Shown piece after piece: positions 1 through 10,608 of a stretch of DNA of 64,000 bases. The stretch is from IMG/VR virus record IMGVR_UViG_3300043442_000189; one strand, 5' to 3'. The translations under genes were made by a program, and so were the position numbers. The stretch's first letter is position 1; each line of letters begins with the position of its first letter. The DNA comes from a virus. The notes under the pieces are model-generated. The model was not told the origin of the DNA, made no database searches, and saw nothing but the letters and a program-made list of their open reading frames with translations.

Positions 1-1505
1 TAGAAGAACTGATTCTTCTGAGTTACAAATTCACCTTTAGCATTCTTTATCTTAGTGCTAGTAAACTCTCTTGTTAGGAAATTAATTATCGCTTGTTTAG
101 CTGCATCTTTATCAGAAGTATCTACAGCGTCTCTACCTAGGAATATTGTACCGGTAGTTATGTCGTACCTGAAACTGTCTGCAGTGGTTCCGAACTGTGT
201 AAAGTTTGTAAGGAGATTAAACTTTTGTGAAGGTGTCATAAGAACACCTTTCTGTTTAATCATTATATCGTTTAGTAATAAGTCCGCTACTTTACTCGCC
301 ATCTCTTGAGTGTATGGCGCCATAAAGAACTCGATAGGTTGTGATATACCGGGGACGTTTATTACTTTCTTATCTCCCGCAACTACAGGATTGAAAGATG
401 TAATATTCTTTACATTAGAAATAGGAGTTTGCTCACTACTAGCAAGGTTCATAAACCCTCTACTAATATCTTCTATATTTAATCTTACAGCAGAATCTTT
501 GTTTGCATCTAAGTAGTCTTGAATATCTTTAAGTCTTGCAAAAGCTGTTTGATATCTGAACTCAATTGCTTCCGGAGTAGTTCCTTCAACTCTAGCAGCA
601 TACGCAACAGATTGTATGGTGAGTCCTTCTACTTGTGATAGGTCAAATACTAAATTACCAGCTGGTCCTTTTGTACTAGACGGTATACGTCTTTGTGGAA
701 AGTAAACAATTCTTCCATCTTCGTTTGTAGCATTCTCGTAAGTCTCAGAAAAATACAACGGATTACCCGTCTCATCTGTAAATACAACATACATAGTATT
801 TGCAGAAGTCTTGATATAAGCTTCTGAATCTCTAGTAGTTGGGTACAATTGATTAGTAGGTATACTTGAACCAAGTACCATTGATACATATACTTTTCTT
901 CCGTTAAAATCTATTCCTCCGTTTTGATCCGGACCACCCAGATCTAACATTCGTTTCTCAATTGTCTTTAAGAAATCGTAGTACCAAATCATATCCTCAG
1001 ATGCTAACTCATTACCTGTAGAGGTCATTGGGTCAGCGGGAATTGCTTGGAACTCTCCAAGAATCTTTAGTTCTGATTGAGGAGGTGTTTGTGCTTTCTT
1101 TGCTTCTTCGTTAGCTGACTGAGAAGCTGCAATAGTATTTTGTACAAGATTCTTGTTTACATACGTCCTAACATTCTCAATATCAGCATTAAAACTACTA
1201 GCTAACTTAAATAGTTCATTAAGGTCCAATGGTCCTTTTCTCTTCATGAGCTCGTCACTTATGTCACTAAATGCGGAAACGACTATTTTCATAGTCTCTG
1301 GTACCGCTCTTAATAACGTAAGTGCTTTATCAGGATCACCATAACCCTGTAAGGATCTGTCATACAAATACTTTAAGAACTTCGTCATAACGAAAGGACT
1401 ATCTGCATTAGCCGCTTTCTCAGAAAGAAGTTTATAAATAGCGGTTTCTAATTTATCAATATCACTTTTCTCTAGTGACCAGTTACTTGAAGAATCACAA
1501 ATCAT
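1..1505 (-). CDS. Giant virion/ejection protein, N-terminal 501 codons (runs off left edge; missing from ORF track)
   Basis: Manual translation from ATG at 1505 (MICDSSSNWSLEKSDIDKLETAIYKLL...KNAKGEFVTQKNQFF) shows no stop to position 3; starts 13 nt after the 3029-aa gene stop. Confidence 0.85.
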   Translation of the reverse strand, partial: MICDSSSNWSLEKSDIDKLETAIYKLLSEKAANADSPFVMTKFLKYLYDRSLQGYGDPDKALTLLRAVPETMKIVVSAFSDISDELMKRKGPLDLNELFKLASSFNADIENVRTYVNKNLVQNTIAASQSANEEAKKAQTPPQSELKILGEFQAIPADPMTSTGNELASEDMIWYYDFLKTIEKRMLDLGGPDQNGGIDFNGRKVYVSMVLGSSIPTNQLYPTTRDSEAYIKTSANTMYVVFTDETGNPLYFSETYENATNEDGRIVYFPQRRIPSSTKGPAGNLVFDLSQVEGLTIQSVAYAARVEGTTPEAIEFRYQTAFARLKDIQDYLDANKDSAVRLNIEDISRGFMNLASSEQTPISNVKNITSFNPVVAGDKKVINVPGISQPIEFFMAPYTQEMASKVADLLLNDIMIKQKGVLMTPSQKFNLLTNFTQFGTTADSFRYDITTGTIFLGRDAVDTSDKDAAKQAIINFLTREFTSTKIKNAKGEFVTQKNQFF

Positions 1506-1518
1506 TTCTTAAACTTTA

Positions 1519-4500
1519 TTATTTAGTAGGACAATAATTAAACAAATCATTCAAACTATCGTCTGTAGATGTATTATTCATTGCAGTACGTTTTGCTTTC
1601 ATTGCCTGAATTCTAGCTGCTGCATCATTAGTTAAATCTGACTGTGCAGCATCTGACTTTTTAACAGTTTCGGTTTTAGGTTTTGGAGCTTTTTCTTCAA
1701 TGGTCATTGGACGTAGATTTTGATTAATATCCTCTTCTGCTAAGGTACGAAACTTAGCATTGGTACGCAAATCTAAGTCAGCTACTGTATCAAGATTTTC
1801 AAACTTATCTGTAACATCGTGGAAACTTACAAAGGTAGTACCTTTATTATATGGTATTAGTATAAGCTTAGTTCCATTATCATTAAATTCGTATATAACG
1901 GGTTCCTTGATACGTACAACTATATCCTTGATTTCTAATTGATTAGCTACTTCTTGTTTCTTAGTTGCTATAAGTGATTGTACTTCTTCATATGTAGTTC
2001 CAGCAAGTGCTAACTCTTTATCTAAAGTACCTAATGTTATTGCGTTATTGAGTTCTGCTCTGATTAAAGTCAATTGACTCTTATTTGTAACAGCACCTAT
2101 TCTTGCTCTGATATCACCAAGTCCGGTTTGTTGAGCAGTTCCTTTTAAGATATCTACTCCATAGATAGCAGATATAGTTAACCTCTTGTCAGCAGGAACT
2201 GCTTTTTCAGCTTTATTGATATTATCTGTTCCAGCATCTCTCTTTATATCTGATAAAGGATTTACTATAATAACATCAAACATATTATAAAAAGGTAATG
2301 CTCCTGTATTATCAAATACTACAGTAGTTCCAGTTGCTGCTTCTTCCTTAGCATTTTTTAATGCTTGTTGATATAAATATGTACGGGCATTGTTAGCACC
2401 AAGGTTAGTTGCAGCTAAAGGATTTAAGTAATACAATACATCTTTAAGATTTATGATATTTGCAGATAGTGCTCTTATCAAACCTTCAGCAAGATCATTA
2501 TCGCTTTTGGTGGTTGCTGACTTTCTAGCATCCTTAGCAATTTCCATTAACCTATTAAATATTCTAGGTTCATTAAGAATATCCTCTATAAACTCATTAC
2601 CTTTTTTGACACCATCGCCCAATTCACCAAAGTCCTCTTTAATACTACTATCTGTAGTAATGTATATGACTTTACCTTTAAACTGAGGTGCTACATTATT
2701 TACTCTCTCTGCAGGTTTTGGACGAGGTTCTCTTTTAACAAACTGAATCTTATCTACAGGATCTCTTACTTCATATGTATTCCTATCTATATAGTAGATG
2801 TCTTGGGTTTGTCCTAACCCTTCATACATCGTCATAAAATCATCAAAGTCTACACCAGTAATATCAAAGAAGTTCTCTTTAGCTGTTTCTATATTACCTT
2901 CAGCTGATAGTTCTTTCTTTAAATCATCAAGTGTTTTTTGACTAACCCCCCTAGGATTACGTTTCATTAAATCTATGATCATTTCACGTAATTCATCTTC
3001 ATCAGTTGTTTCATGAATTACACCTGATCCTGTAACGTCTTCTCCTCCTTTTAACACCATGATAAACTGATCCCATCCCATAGCGGTTTTATCGTCAGTG
3101 AACCACGCTTTTTCACTAACATCTGTTGCCCAGGTTAAATCTTTAGATCTTCTAAACTTAGTACCTCTTAGATTTTGTAACATTACGTACTCTATATTAG
3201 AAGGATCTTCCCCTATCAAATAACTATGTTTTTCTATAGAGTCAGCTGCTTTATAGTATTGATCAAATATTTCTTTTCTTTCTGCGTCATTTAATATTTG
3301 ATTCCACCATACTTTAAACCAACCTTTATTATTTCTAAATAGATTCTTAGCAAGTTGTTTAGACTTTTTAAAACTATACTCGTATTCTTGTTTCTTATTA
3401 AAGAATCTCCACATCAACTTTTCTCTATCCCATAAAGCAATGCTAGCACCTTTATTTTCACCAATTGCCATTACACCAGCTTGCTTCTTTAGATACTCAT
3501 AGCTGTCTTTATTTACTCTTTCTTCTTTTTTAAACTCATTCCAATTATCTTTTGATGTCTTCTGGAAACCTTTAAATTCTAAATAATCAGAAACCATCTT
3601 ATCCATACCAGCAGCATTGCCAACATTGAAAGTAGTTACTCCTTGGTTGATAGCTTTATCTATAAGTGGTTTATAGAATAACTGGAAGTGTCTGTTAATA
3701 TCTTCATCATTAATCTTTCCGCCGGTTTGTTTAGGATTCCATGTACCACTACCACTAATCATTACAGCAGTTATTCCTGTAAAGTCACTAGGGTTAGCTG
3801 CAGTACCCCAACCTCTTTGATATGCTTCTGTTGCAGATACATACGTATCTTTTGTTTCAGGTGCTTTGGAACCAATAAACGCATCAGACACACGCATCAT
3901 CTCAATATCCTTACGGATATTCTTCGCTTTAGATGGTGCTGTTTTAATTAACTCTTCTGCAGCTTGTATCGCACTTTCTCTTGGAGTAGGTTCAGTTTGA
4001 GTATCATCTTTTCCTGTTTGTTTAGGTTCTTTTTCTGGTTGTTTACCTTCTAAAGCAGCTAGTTCTGCTTCATATTTAGCATTAATATCCCCTACAACTT
4101 TACCATTAACAGGAGTAGTAATCGTACCCTCAAGTCTTGCTTTTATATAAGCTCTTTGACCTCCTATACTTGTATAAACACTTCTTACAAAACCTTGACT
4201 TGTTAAATATCTAATTACTTTATCAGCATCTTTTTCTCCATTTTCTATAAATGCTTGAATAAGTTCTTCAGCAGTATTTTTTTCTTCCTCTGTTAATTCT
4301 TTATTATTTCCATCTGCAATATATTTCATCATAGTAGCAGAACCTACAGGGATAGCTTTTAACTCTTCTTGTTTCCTTCTTTCTATATCAGCTATAATAA
4401 CATCCATTACAGGTTTACCTTCAGGATTAGCAACAGGAGTCATTGTACCATCAGGATTATTATAGAATATTAATCCATTATCTACACTGTAGTTTGAAGT

Positions 4501-7500
4501 ACCAACTTGCCCTTCTATATCAGAAACAGGAGTTTTTGGTGTTTTTGTTTTTTCTAAAGGTTCTGTATTTTCAGAATCAACTCTTTCTGCAATTTTATCA
4601 GAAAGTATTTGACTATAGGACATATTCTTACCATTGATGACTTCATCTTTACCGTAAGATGATTCTAGTATTTTATCACCATAGAACTCTTTAGCTACCT
4701 GTAAAGCTAGTTTAGCATCATTTTCTGAATAACCATGCATTACTACTTGGTCACTTAAAGCAGGACCTTGTACTTCTAAATCCTGAAATATTTTAACATC
4801 ACCATTATAACCTCTTTTTTGAAGCTCTATCATAAAGTCTCTAAACATTTCTGGAGAAAAATCATTAAGATTTTTTAGTGAGAAATAACTTTTATGTGTA
4901 AAGGATTCATTGGTATTAGTTCCATTATTTATACCAAAGTATAACCATGAGTTAGAATCTTTAGTTCCCGAGTACAGTCTTACATTTTGAGCTAAGTACC
5001 TCTCTGCTTGAGGTTTATTCACAATAGCCATCATTGCTCTATAAAAAGAATCAAATGCTTTTTTAGATTCCTCAGTTAAAGAATCTCTATCTGCTTTTTT
5101 AATATCTATTATCTCTTGTGCAGTTGTAGCGTTTCGGTGTTTTGGATTTGTTCTAAGTTGTGAATCATCTATTTTTAGATAATTCTTAATAGCATAGTTA
5201 GCATATTCTTCTCTTGATAGTTTAGATAAATCAACACCTTCTGTTTTAGCAATTTTTGCTAATTCATATGAAGCATCCCATCCTGAAAGTTTTTTTCTTC
5301 TTTCTATTTCTTCTTTACTAGTAGTACCAGACGTTGGTGGTTTTGTAGCACCAGGTTTAACAATAGGATTAGCAGGATAGTCAAATACAGTTTGTCTTAA
5401 ACTAGATATCTTATATGTACTATCAGGAGTGGTGATATCCATAACATAACCAGTTCTAGACTTACCTTTCTCAGTTCTTCCTGGTACCATAATACTTCTA
5501 TTATATTTTATAGAAGATCCTGCCTCTTTCAACGTCAGTATTGGGAAAATATAAAGTTTATCAGCCACAATACCCGTTGATTGTCTCAATAGTTCACGGT
5601 ATGCAGCTAACTGTGCTTGATCCGATTCCTTATATAAATACAAGTAACCCTTCTGTGCGCTTTCTTTTAACTCAGGATATTTGTTTCCAAACTTTGCAAA
5701 AGCAAGAGTCATCTTATTCTGCATCTCCGGAGTCAGTTTGTTTCTTATAAGTAAACTATTTTCATTATCTTTAAGAATAGATTTAAACTCAGCATAGTCT
5801 TCACCCATTGCTTCTTCAAACGCTTCCTCTAATGCATACTGCTCATTTCTTTCTAGAGTAGAAGTCTTTAAGTCGATAATAAATATCTCACCTTTGTTAT
5901 TATATCCTAGTAAGTCAATAGAACCAGCAGCATCTTTACCGTCTAGTTTACCGTAGAGCGTAGGTATGTCAGAAATAATTTTAATTCCATTTCTATCTAA
6001 CGCACGTTTTACAGTTCTTAGATTATCAAATAACTCATTAAGGAAGTTTGCTGTAAAGATTGGTAATTCACTTGCGTCTTTGTCTGTAAATCCAGGTTTA
6101 GACGATATTTTATTTCTAGATGCAGTGTATGCATCTTTAAAGTCACCTATATTCTGAATACGATTATTTAAGAAATCTCTGGTAAGATCATCTATAATAG
6201 TTCCTCTAAATGATGAAGTCTTTGACTTAGCTTCAAATGGATCTTTTACAATAGTGGTAACACGTTCGAATAATGTACCATCTTCATCTACATAGTTCTT
6301 ATCATCTTCTGTTAATGATAATTTCTTAGCAGCTAGTTTTTGACGTGCTTCACGAAGTGCATCACTGATAGCTTCCATACCTTCTTCATTTAGTACAGAT
6401 GCTTTTGGTGACACAACTTTATTATTGATAATATCAAGTAACTCCTGTGTTGGAGTACCGTCAAGAATCATTGCGTTTATTTCCTGAATTGTATATCCTA
6501 ATGCTGTTGCAAGTTGGGGAATATTATCCATTGTGATAACAGTACCTGCAGTACCTTCACCCTCTTTCTCTTTTGCTTTCTTCTTTGTTTTGAAGTTTGA
6601 TATAATACGACGAGCTTCAAGATCATTAAGATACCATTCATCTAAAGTCATTCCTTTAGCAATCTCCGGATCTGTCTCTGCAACTTTTGTTTTCTTACTT
6701 TCAAAAGCTGCTTTTAATTCTTCTTGTAGTTTAGGATCTAATTTAGAAAATTCTTCAGCAGCAGATGCTGGTTGTTTTTCTTTTTCAGTAGATTTAGGAC
6801 CCTCTGACAACTTATTAGCAAGAACATTTAATGCTTGTTTATATACAGAGCGTTCTTCGTTAGTGATGTTAAGTAGCTTCTTAATAAAATCAGTAAGAGT
6901 CTTAAAGAATGCGCCAAACATAGTCTGTGCTTCCTTTGTCATATCGACTTGCTCACCAGTGTACTCATACTGTGCAGCTAGATTAGCAAAGAAAGGATTG
7001 GTTAACATCTCTGATAAGAAAGATGTATTATTAGTGAACGCATAAGCATATGATGCTTTTTGCTGATCGCTTAATTCTTTAAGTAAAGACTCTCTAATAT
7101 CTTTAATCTTATCTGTAAACTCTTTGTCAGAACTATTCTCTATAACAATCTTCTGCATCAAAGCGCTTAAGATAGAATACTCTATGGATACTTTATCCAT
7201 TCCTAATACCTTGTAGTCTTCGGAACTATATCGAGCATCTACCATTACACCATTTCTCTGATCGTATGTAGAGTTTGTATAGTGGTTTCTTACAAATGTA
7301 ATTTTCTCATTACCATCAAGAAGACCTTTTAGTAGTCTAGCAAGTTCTTTTTGTTGTACGGTACCAGGACCATTTATAACAGCAGTTAATACAGATCCGA
7401 TAGTTACTTCACTCATAGGTGCGGATCTATCAAATCCGAATTGTTTTGCCATATCAACAAAATTCCTTTTATCAGAATCTTCTTTAGCAGCTACAGTTTG

Positions 7501-10500
7501 TGTAGCATATGCTTTTAATTCTTCAGCATAGAAAAGATCAGTTCCTTCTCTATAGAGTTTCTCACCGGCATCTTCTACTACAGGTTTAAATAATCTCTTA
7601 CCTGTAAGTTCAAAGTAACTGTCATCTGTAGCATCAATGAATTCTAGAATCTTTTGGTATCTAGAATCATTCGAAGGAATCAATTGACCGCTGTCTGCAT
7701 CAATAAATTTCTCTGGAATAATATTGTTTGCTAAATATGCTTCCGCCTCATCCTCAGATATATATGCATTGAACTGACTAAGCAATCCGTTTAAGAATGC
7801 ATCAGTAGCATGACGTCTTCTATATTCGTCAACTTCTTCTTTTGCTCTTTTAGCACTTACTTGAGACGCTACTTCTAAAGCACCGTTGATACGTCTAGCT
7901 ACGTTACTAAAGTACTCAGGATTATTTAACGCATTTACAGCTTCTGCGAACTGAGTCTTATCTCTATTAAGTCTCCAGTAATCTCTAAAGTCATCAAATG
8001 CTTTATCAATATCTTTATCTAAGATTGTCGTACCATTATTCTTTGCAAGCAATTTGATGTAATCACCAAATGCTGTTCTTAATAACTTTTCAGATTCTTC
8101 TGTAGATGTTGCTAATTCCTCTGCGTTTTCTTCAGTAGCTGTTTGAAGAGTATCCAAGTTAGAAGCATAGTCCTGAATAAGTGTAGACAAACTCTTTAAC
8201 TTATCATACTTATCTTGTAGTTTAACTGCTTCTGCTTTTTGCTCATCGGTACCAGCATTCATGTTATCAATCTCTTGCTTGAGAATCGCTAACATGTTGT
8301 TAGTACCACCAATACCTCCAGCGGCACCAGCGAGTAGTTTAGGATTGATACTAAACATTGTAGCAATGTCTGCATAATCAACACCTGCTAATGACGTATT
8401 TGTTTTAAGTTTCTCTAAGATACTTGTCATACGTTCTCCAGTTCTTTGATAACTGAAGTCGTTAAATACTGCAAGCTTTCTTGCAGACTCAAACGCAAAG
8501 TATCCAATAGGATCTTGTCTAAAATCAAAAGGATTAGTAAGACCTTGATATTTGTTGTATGTATCTTTTACTTGATTAATTCTCCCTACAACAGCATCAA
8601 TTCTTTCTAATGTTGTTTTCTTATCGTATGTGTTGTTACCGGGGTTCTCATAAAGTGATGCAGCAAGTTCTTTCTCATCTAACTGCTTTAATCCGTTTAA
8701 GTGATCAATAAACAAATCTAAATGTCCGGACTCCATAAGAGTCATAATGTGTTGAGCAAAAGAATCATCTTTAGCATCAACAGCACCTTTAACATCACCT
8801 TCAACCACTGCAGCTTCAAACAAATCAGCAAAGTCTTTTTGTGCTTTTACGTTAGCATCAACATTTGAAAAGTATGACTTAGTATCTTTTGTTAGAGTAT
8901 TTAGAGCATTTACAACTTTGTCATTGTATGCTTTTTGATCCTTTAAGTACTTCTCATACGGACTTACTTTACCTGCGTTTGCGGGATCTGCTTTAAATGC
9001 TTTATCTTTTATTTTTAGTTGTGCAAGTTGTCCGAGATTATACGCACCATGCACAGATGACTGTACTGCTTGTATTGGTCCCGCCATCAAGAAACCTGAT
9101 AAGAATACTTCTAAACCTTCACCAGACATCTGTGACTTAACACCTGTCTTTAGAGAGGATAGTATTTGTGCTTTACCTACTTTACTAGGGTTAAGATATG
9201 TCTGAGTGTAATAGTCAGTAACTCCTTTTGCAGTACCTTCTTGATACATCTCTTGAACACCTTCCATCATATTAGCAGACAAGAATCGCAATCCATTCTT
9301 AGGTGCATTCTTTAGTATCTGTTGTCTGTAATATTTATTACCGAGCGCTTTTACACCAGAACCAAATCCTGAGATAACTTCCCAAGGATTCTTTCCTGAA
9401 GTTTTCCAATCAGCATTCTGAATAAGTTTACCGTTTTTAATACCCTTACCGGCAAGATGTTCAACTTCATCCATAAAGGGTAAACCCTTAAGTGCTCTTT
9501 CTAAAACAACTTTATTGGATAAGTATATACCACCGGTATTTAAAAATCCTGCAGTGTATCCTGCAGTACGTGCTTGCTGATAAATACTTTGTGCTTCTTG
9601 ATCGTTAGGATCACGACCATTCTTTTTCTTAAACTCATCAATAAGATTGTTTGCTACCTCATTCTGTACAAACCCTCCTTCGAGTTTTGCTTCAGCTGTA
9701 ACAAGATTAATCTCACGTAAGTCTCTATAGAATGCACCAAATGTTTTATATCCAGCAGCTAAGTCAGATAGTTTATCTATGTTAGCAGCTGCTCTTCCAG
9801 AATCTCTAAATAGTTCCGCAGTATTTTGGAAAGGTAACCAGCTCTTAGCAAAGTTACCTAATGTCTTAGATGCATCATATGCTTGTTTAGCGTTCTGAAT
9901 ATTATTTGCAGCGCGAAACGTATCAAACAATCTATCAAATGCTAAACCTCCTCTAAGTAAATTCTGTCCTGTTCTTGCAGCAGCTAAACCTTGCATACCG
10001 GGTATGCGAGATGCTAACATCAATGCCGCTTCTTCAGCATATATTTCACTTATAACACCAAGTGTGTATGGTACATTAGATAGAAAGTTTACAGTTTTAG
10101 CACCAAGTGTATCTCTAGATGATGATGCAATACTCATTGCTTTCTCCATCTCCTCAGCACTTTCAGTATCAGGTTTCATGCTGAACATGTTGCTCCAGTT
10201 ACCAAATGTAGATGTAATACCTAAACCAAACATTTTAGGCATCTGTTTAACAGCGCGACCTAAATCATCCCATGTACTACTATGTTGATTATAGAAAGAT
10301 TCATTATCACGTAATGGAGTAAAACCTAATTGTTTAAACTTAGGATGAGAATAATACCTATCATAGTTAAAACCTTTCTGACCAGCGTTAAATGTAGTAG
10401 GTTTATCAAATCTAAACGCATCTGGTCTAGATGCGTTCATGAAGTTCTTATCTAGCATCGACTGCGCTTTTTTCTTAGCGTCTGTCGACGTAGTTGGATT

Positions 10501-10608
10501 TGGTAACGGATCTACACCTTGTATTGCATTCCCTACTGAGTATTTATATAAATCTGCTGTTGAAGGTTTCCCATTAGGTGTTGGGGTAATGTTTACTCTA
10601 TTCTCCAT
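1519..10608 (-). CDS. Giant virion cargo/ejection (polyvalent) protein, 3029 aa, with PD-(D/E)XK nuclease domain
   Basis: Size and position after tail and cargo genes; motif AGSIDLLG..IFIIDLKTS..QLAAYRELL; helical N-terminal half; several degenerate enzyme-like domains. Confidence 0.75.
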   Translation of the reverse strand: MENRVNITPTPNGKPSTADLYKYSVGNAIQGVDPLPNPTTSTDAKKKAQSMLDKNFMNASRPDAFRFDKPTTFNAGQKGFNYDRYYSHPKFKQLGFTPLRDNESFYNQHSSTWDDLGRAVKQMPKMFGLGITSTFGNWSNMFSMKPDTESAEEMEKAMSIASSSRDTLGAKTVNFLSNVPYTLGVISEIYAEEAALMLASRIPGMQGLAAARTGQNLLRGGLAFDRLFDTFRAANNIQNAKQAYDASKTLGNFAKSWLPFQNTAELFRDSGRAAANIDKLSDLAAGYKTFGAFYRDLREINLVTAEAKLEGGFVQNEVANNLIDEFKKKNGRDPNDQEAQSIYQQARTAGYTAGFLNTGGIYLSNKVVLERALKGLPFMDEVEHLAGKGIKNGKLIQNADWKTSGKNPWEVISGFGSGVKALGNKYYRQQILKNAPKNGLRFLSANMMEGVQEMYQEGTAKGVTDYYTQTYLNPSKVGKAQILSSLKTGVKSQMSGEGLEVFLSGFLMAGPIQAVQSSVHGAYNLGQLAQLKIKDKAFKADPANAGKVSPYEKYLKDQKAYNDKVVNALNTLTKDTKSYFSNVDANVKAQKDFADLFEAAVVEGDVKGAVDAKDDSFAQHIMTLMESGHLDLFIDHLNGLKQLDEKELAASLYENPGNNTYDKKTTLERIDAVVGRINQVKDTYNKYQGLTNPFDFRQDPIGYFAFESARKLAVFNDFSYQRTGERMTSILEKLKTNTSLAGVDYADIATMFSINPKLLAGAAGGIGGTNNMLAILKQEIDNMNAGTDEQKAEAVKLQDKYDKLKSLSTLIQDYASNLDTLQTATEENAEELATSTEESEKLLRTAFGDYIKLLAKNNGTTILDKDIDKAFDDFRDYWRLNRDKTQFAEAVNALNNPEYFSNVARRINGALEVASQVSAKRAKEEVDEYRRRHATDAFLNGLLSQFNAYISEDEAEAYLANNIIPEKFIDADSGQLIPSNDSRYQKILEFIDATDDSYFELTGKRLFKPVVEDAGEKLYREGTDLFYAEELKAYATQTVAAKEDSDKRNFVDMAKQFGFDRSAPMSEVTIGSVLTAVINGPGTVQQKELARLLKGLLDGNEKITFVRNHYTNSTYDQRNGVMVDARYSSEDYKVLGMDKVSIEYSILSALMQKIVIENSSDKEFTDKIKDIRESLLKELSDQQKASYAYAFTNNTSFLSEMLTNPFFANLAAQYEYTGEQVDMTKEAQTMFGAFFKTLTDFIKKLLNITNEERSVYKQALNVLANKLSEGPKSTEKEKQPASAAEEFSKLDPKLQEELKAAFESKKTKVAETDPEIAKGMTLDEWYLNDLEARRIISNFKTKKKAKEKEGEGTAGTVITMDNIPQLATALGYTIQEINAMILDGTPTQELLDIINNKVVSPKASVLNEEGMEAISDALREARQKLAAKKLSLTEDDKNYVDEDGTLFERVTTIVKDPFEAKSKTSSFRGTIIDDLTRDFLNNRIQNIGDFKDAYTASRNKISSKPGFTDKDASELPIFTANFLNELFDNLRTVKRALDRNGIKIISDIPTLYGKLDGKDAAGSIDLLGYNNKGEIFIIDLKTSTLERNEQYALEEAFEEAMGEDYAEFKSILKDNENSLLIRNKLTPEMQNKMTLAFAKFGNKYPELKESAQKGYLYLYKESDQAQLAAYRELLRQSTGIVADKLYIFPILTLKEAGSSIKYNRSIMVPGRTEKGKSRTGYVMDITTPDSTYKISSLRQTVFDYPANPIVKPGATKPPTSGTTSKEEIERRKKLSGWDASYELAKIAKTEGVDLSKLSREEYANYAIKNYLKIDDSQLRTNPKHRNATTAQEIIDIKKADRDSLTEESKKAFDSFYRAMMAIVNKPQAERYLAQNVRLYSGTKDSNSWLYFGINNGTNTNESFTHKSYFSLKNLNDFSPEMFRDFMIELQKRGYNGDVKIFQDLEVQGPALSDQVVMHGYSENDAKLALQVAKEFYGDKILESSYGKDEVINGKNMSYSQILSDKIAERVDSENTEPLEKTKTPKTPVSDIEGQVGTSNYSVDNGLIFYNNPDGTMTPVANPEGKPVMDVIIADIERRKQEELKAIPVGSATMMKYIADGNNKELTEEEKNTAEELIQAFIENGEKDADKVIRYLTSQGFVRSVYTSIGGQRAYIKARLEGTITTPVNGKVVGDINAKYEAELAALEGKQPEKEPKQTGKDDTQTEPTPRESAIQAAEELIKTAPSKAKNIRKDIEMMRVSDAFIGSKAPETKDTYVSATEAYQRGWGTAANPSDFTGITAVMISGSGTWNPKQTGGKINDEDINRHFQLFYKPLIDKAINQGVTTFNVGNAAGMDKMVSDYLEFKGFQKTSKDNWNEFKKEERVNKDSYEYLKKQAGVMAIGENKGASIALWDREKLMWRFFNKKQEYEYSFKKSKQLAKNLFRNNKGWFKVWWNQILNDAERKEIFDQYYKAADSIEKHSYLIGEDPSNIEYVMLQNLRGTKFRRSKDLTWATDVSEKAWFTDDKTAMGWDQFIMVLKGGEDVTGSGVIHETTDEDELREMIIDLMKRNPRGVSQKTLDDLKKELSAEGNIETAKENFFDITGVDFDDFMTMYEGLGQTQDIYYIDRNTYEVRDPVDKIQFVKREPRPKPAERVNNVAPQFKGKVIYITTDSSIKEDFGELGDGVKKGNEFIEDILNEPRIFNRLMEIAKDARKSATTKSDNDLAEGLIRALSANIINLKDVLYYLNPLAATNLGANNARTYLYQQALKNAKEEAATGTTVVFDNTGALPFYNMFDVIIVNPLSDIKRDAGTDNINKAEKAVPADKRLTISAIYGVDILKGTAQQTGLGDIRARIGAVTNKSQLTLIRAELNNAITLGTLDKELALAGTTYEEVQSLIATKKQEVANQLEIKDIVVRIKEPVIYEFNDNGTKLILIPYNKGTTFVSFHDVTDKFENLDTVADLDLRTNAKFRTLAEEDINQNLRPMTIEEKAPKPKTETVKKSDAAQSDLTNDAAARIQAMKAKRTAMNNTSTDDSLNDLFNYCPTK

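Noticed and set aside
1500-1535. Cys at the end of the 3029-aa protein (YCPTK) and start of the next (MICD) as a covalent chain link
   Set aside because: Single residues with no supporting pattern in this window; too speculative
2505-2535. ARKSA (histone H3K27-like) in the giant protein as a SET target
   Set aside because: A five-residue match in a 3029-aa Lys-rich protein is expected by chance
2850-2870. VDFDDF in the 3029-aa protein as an RNAP catalytic motif
   Set aside because: Not DxDxD spacing and lacks the surrounding RNAP context
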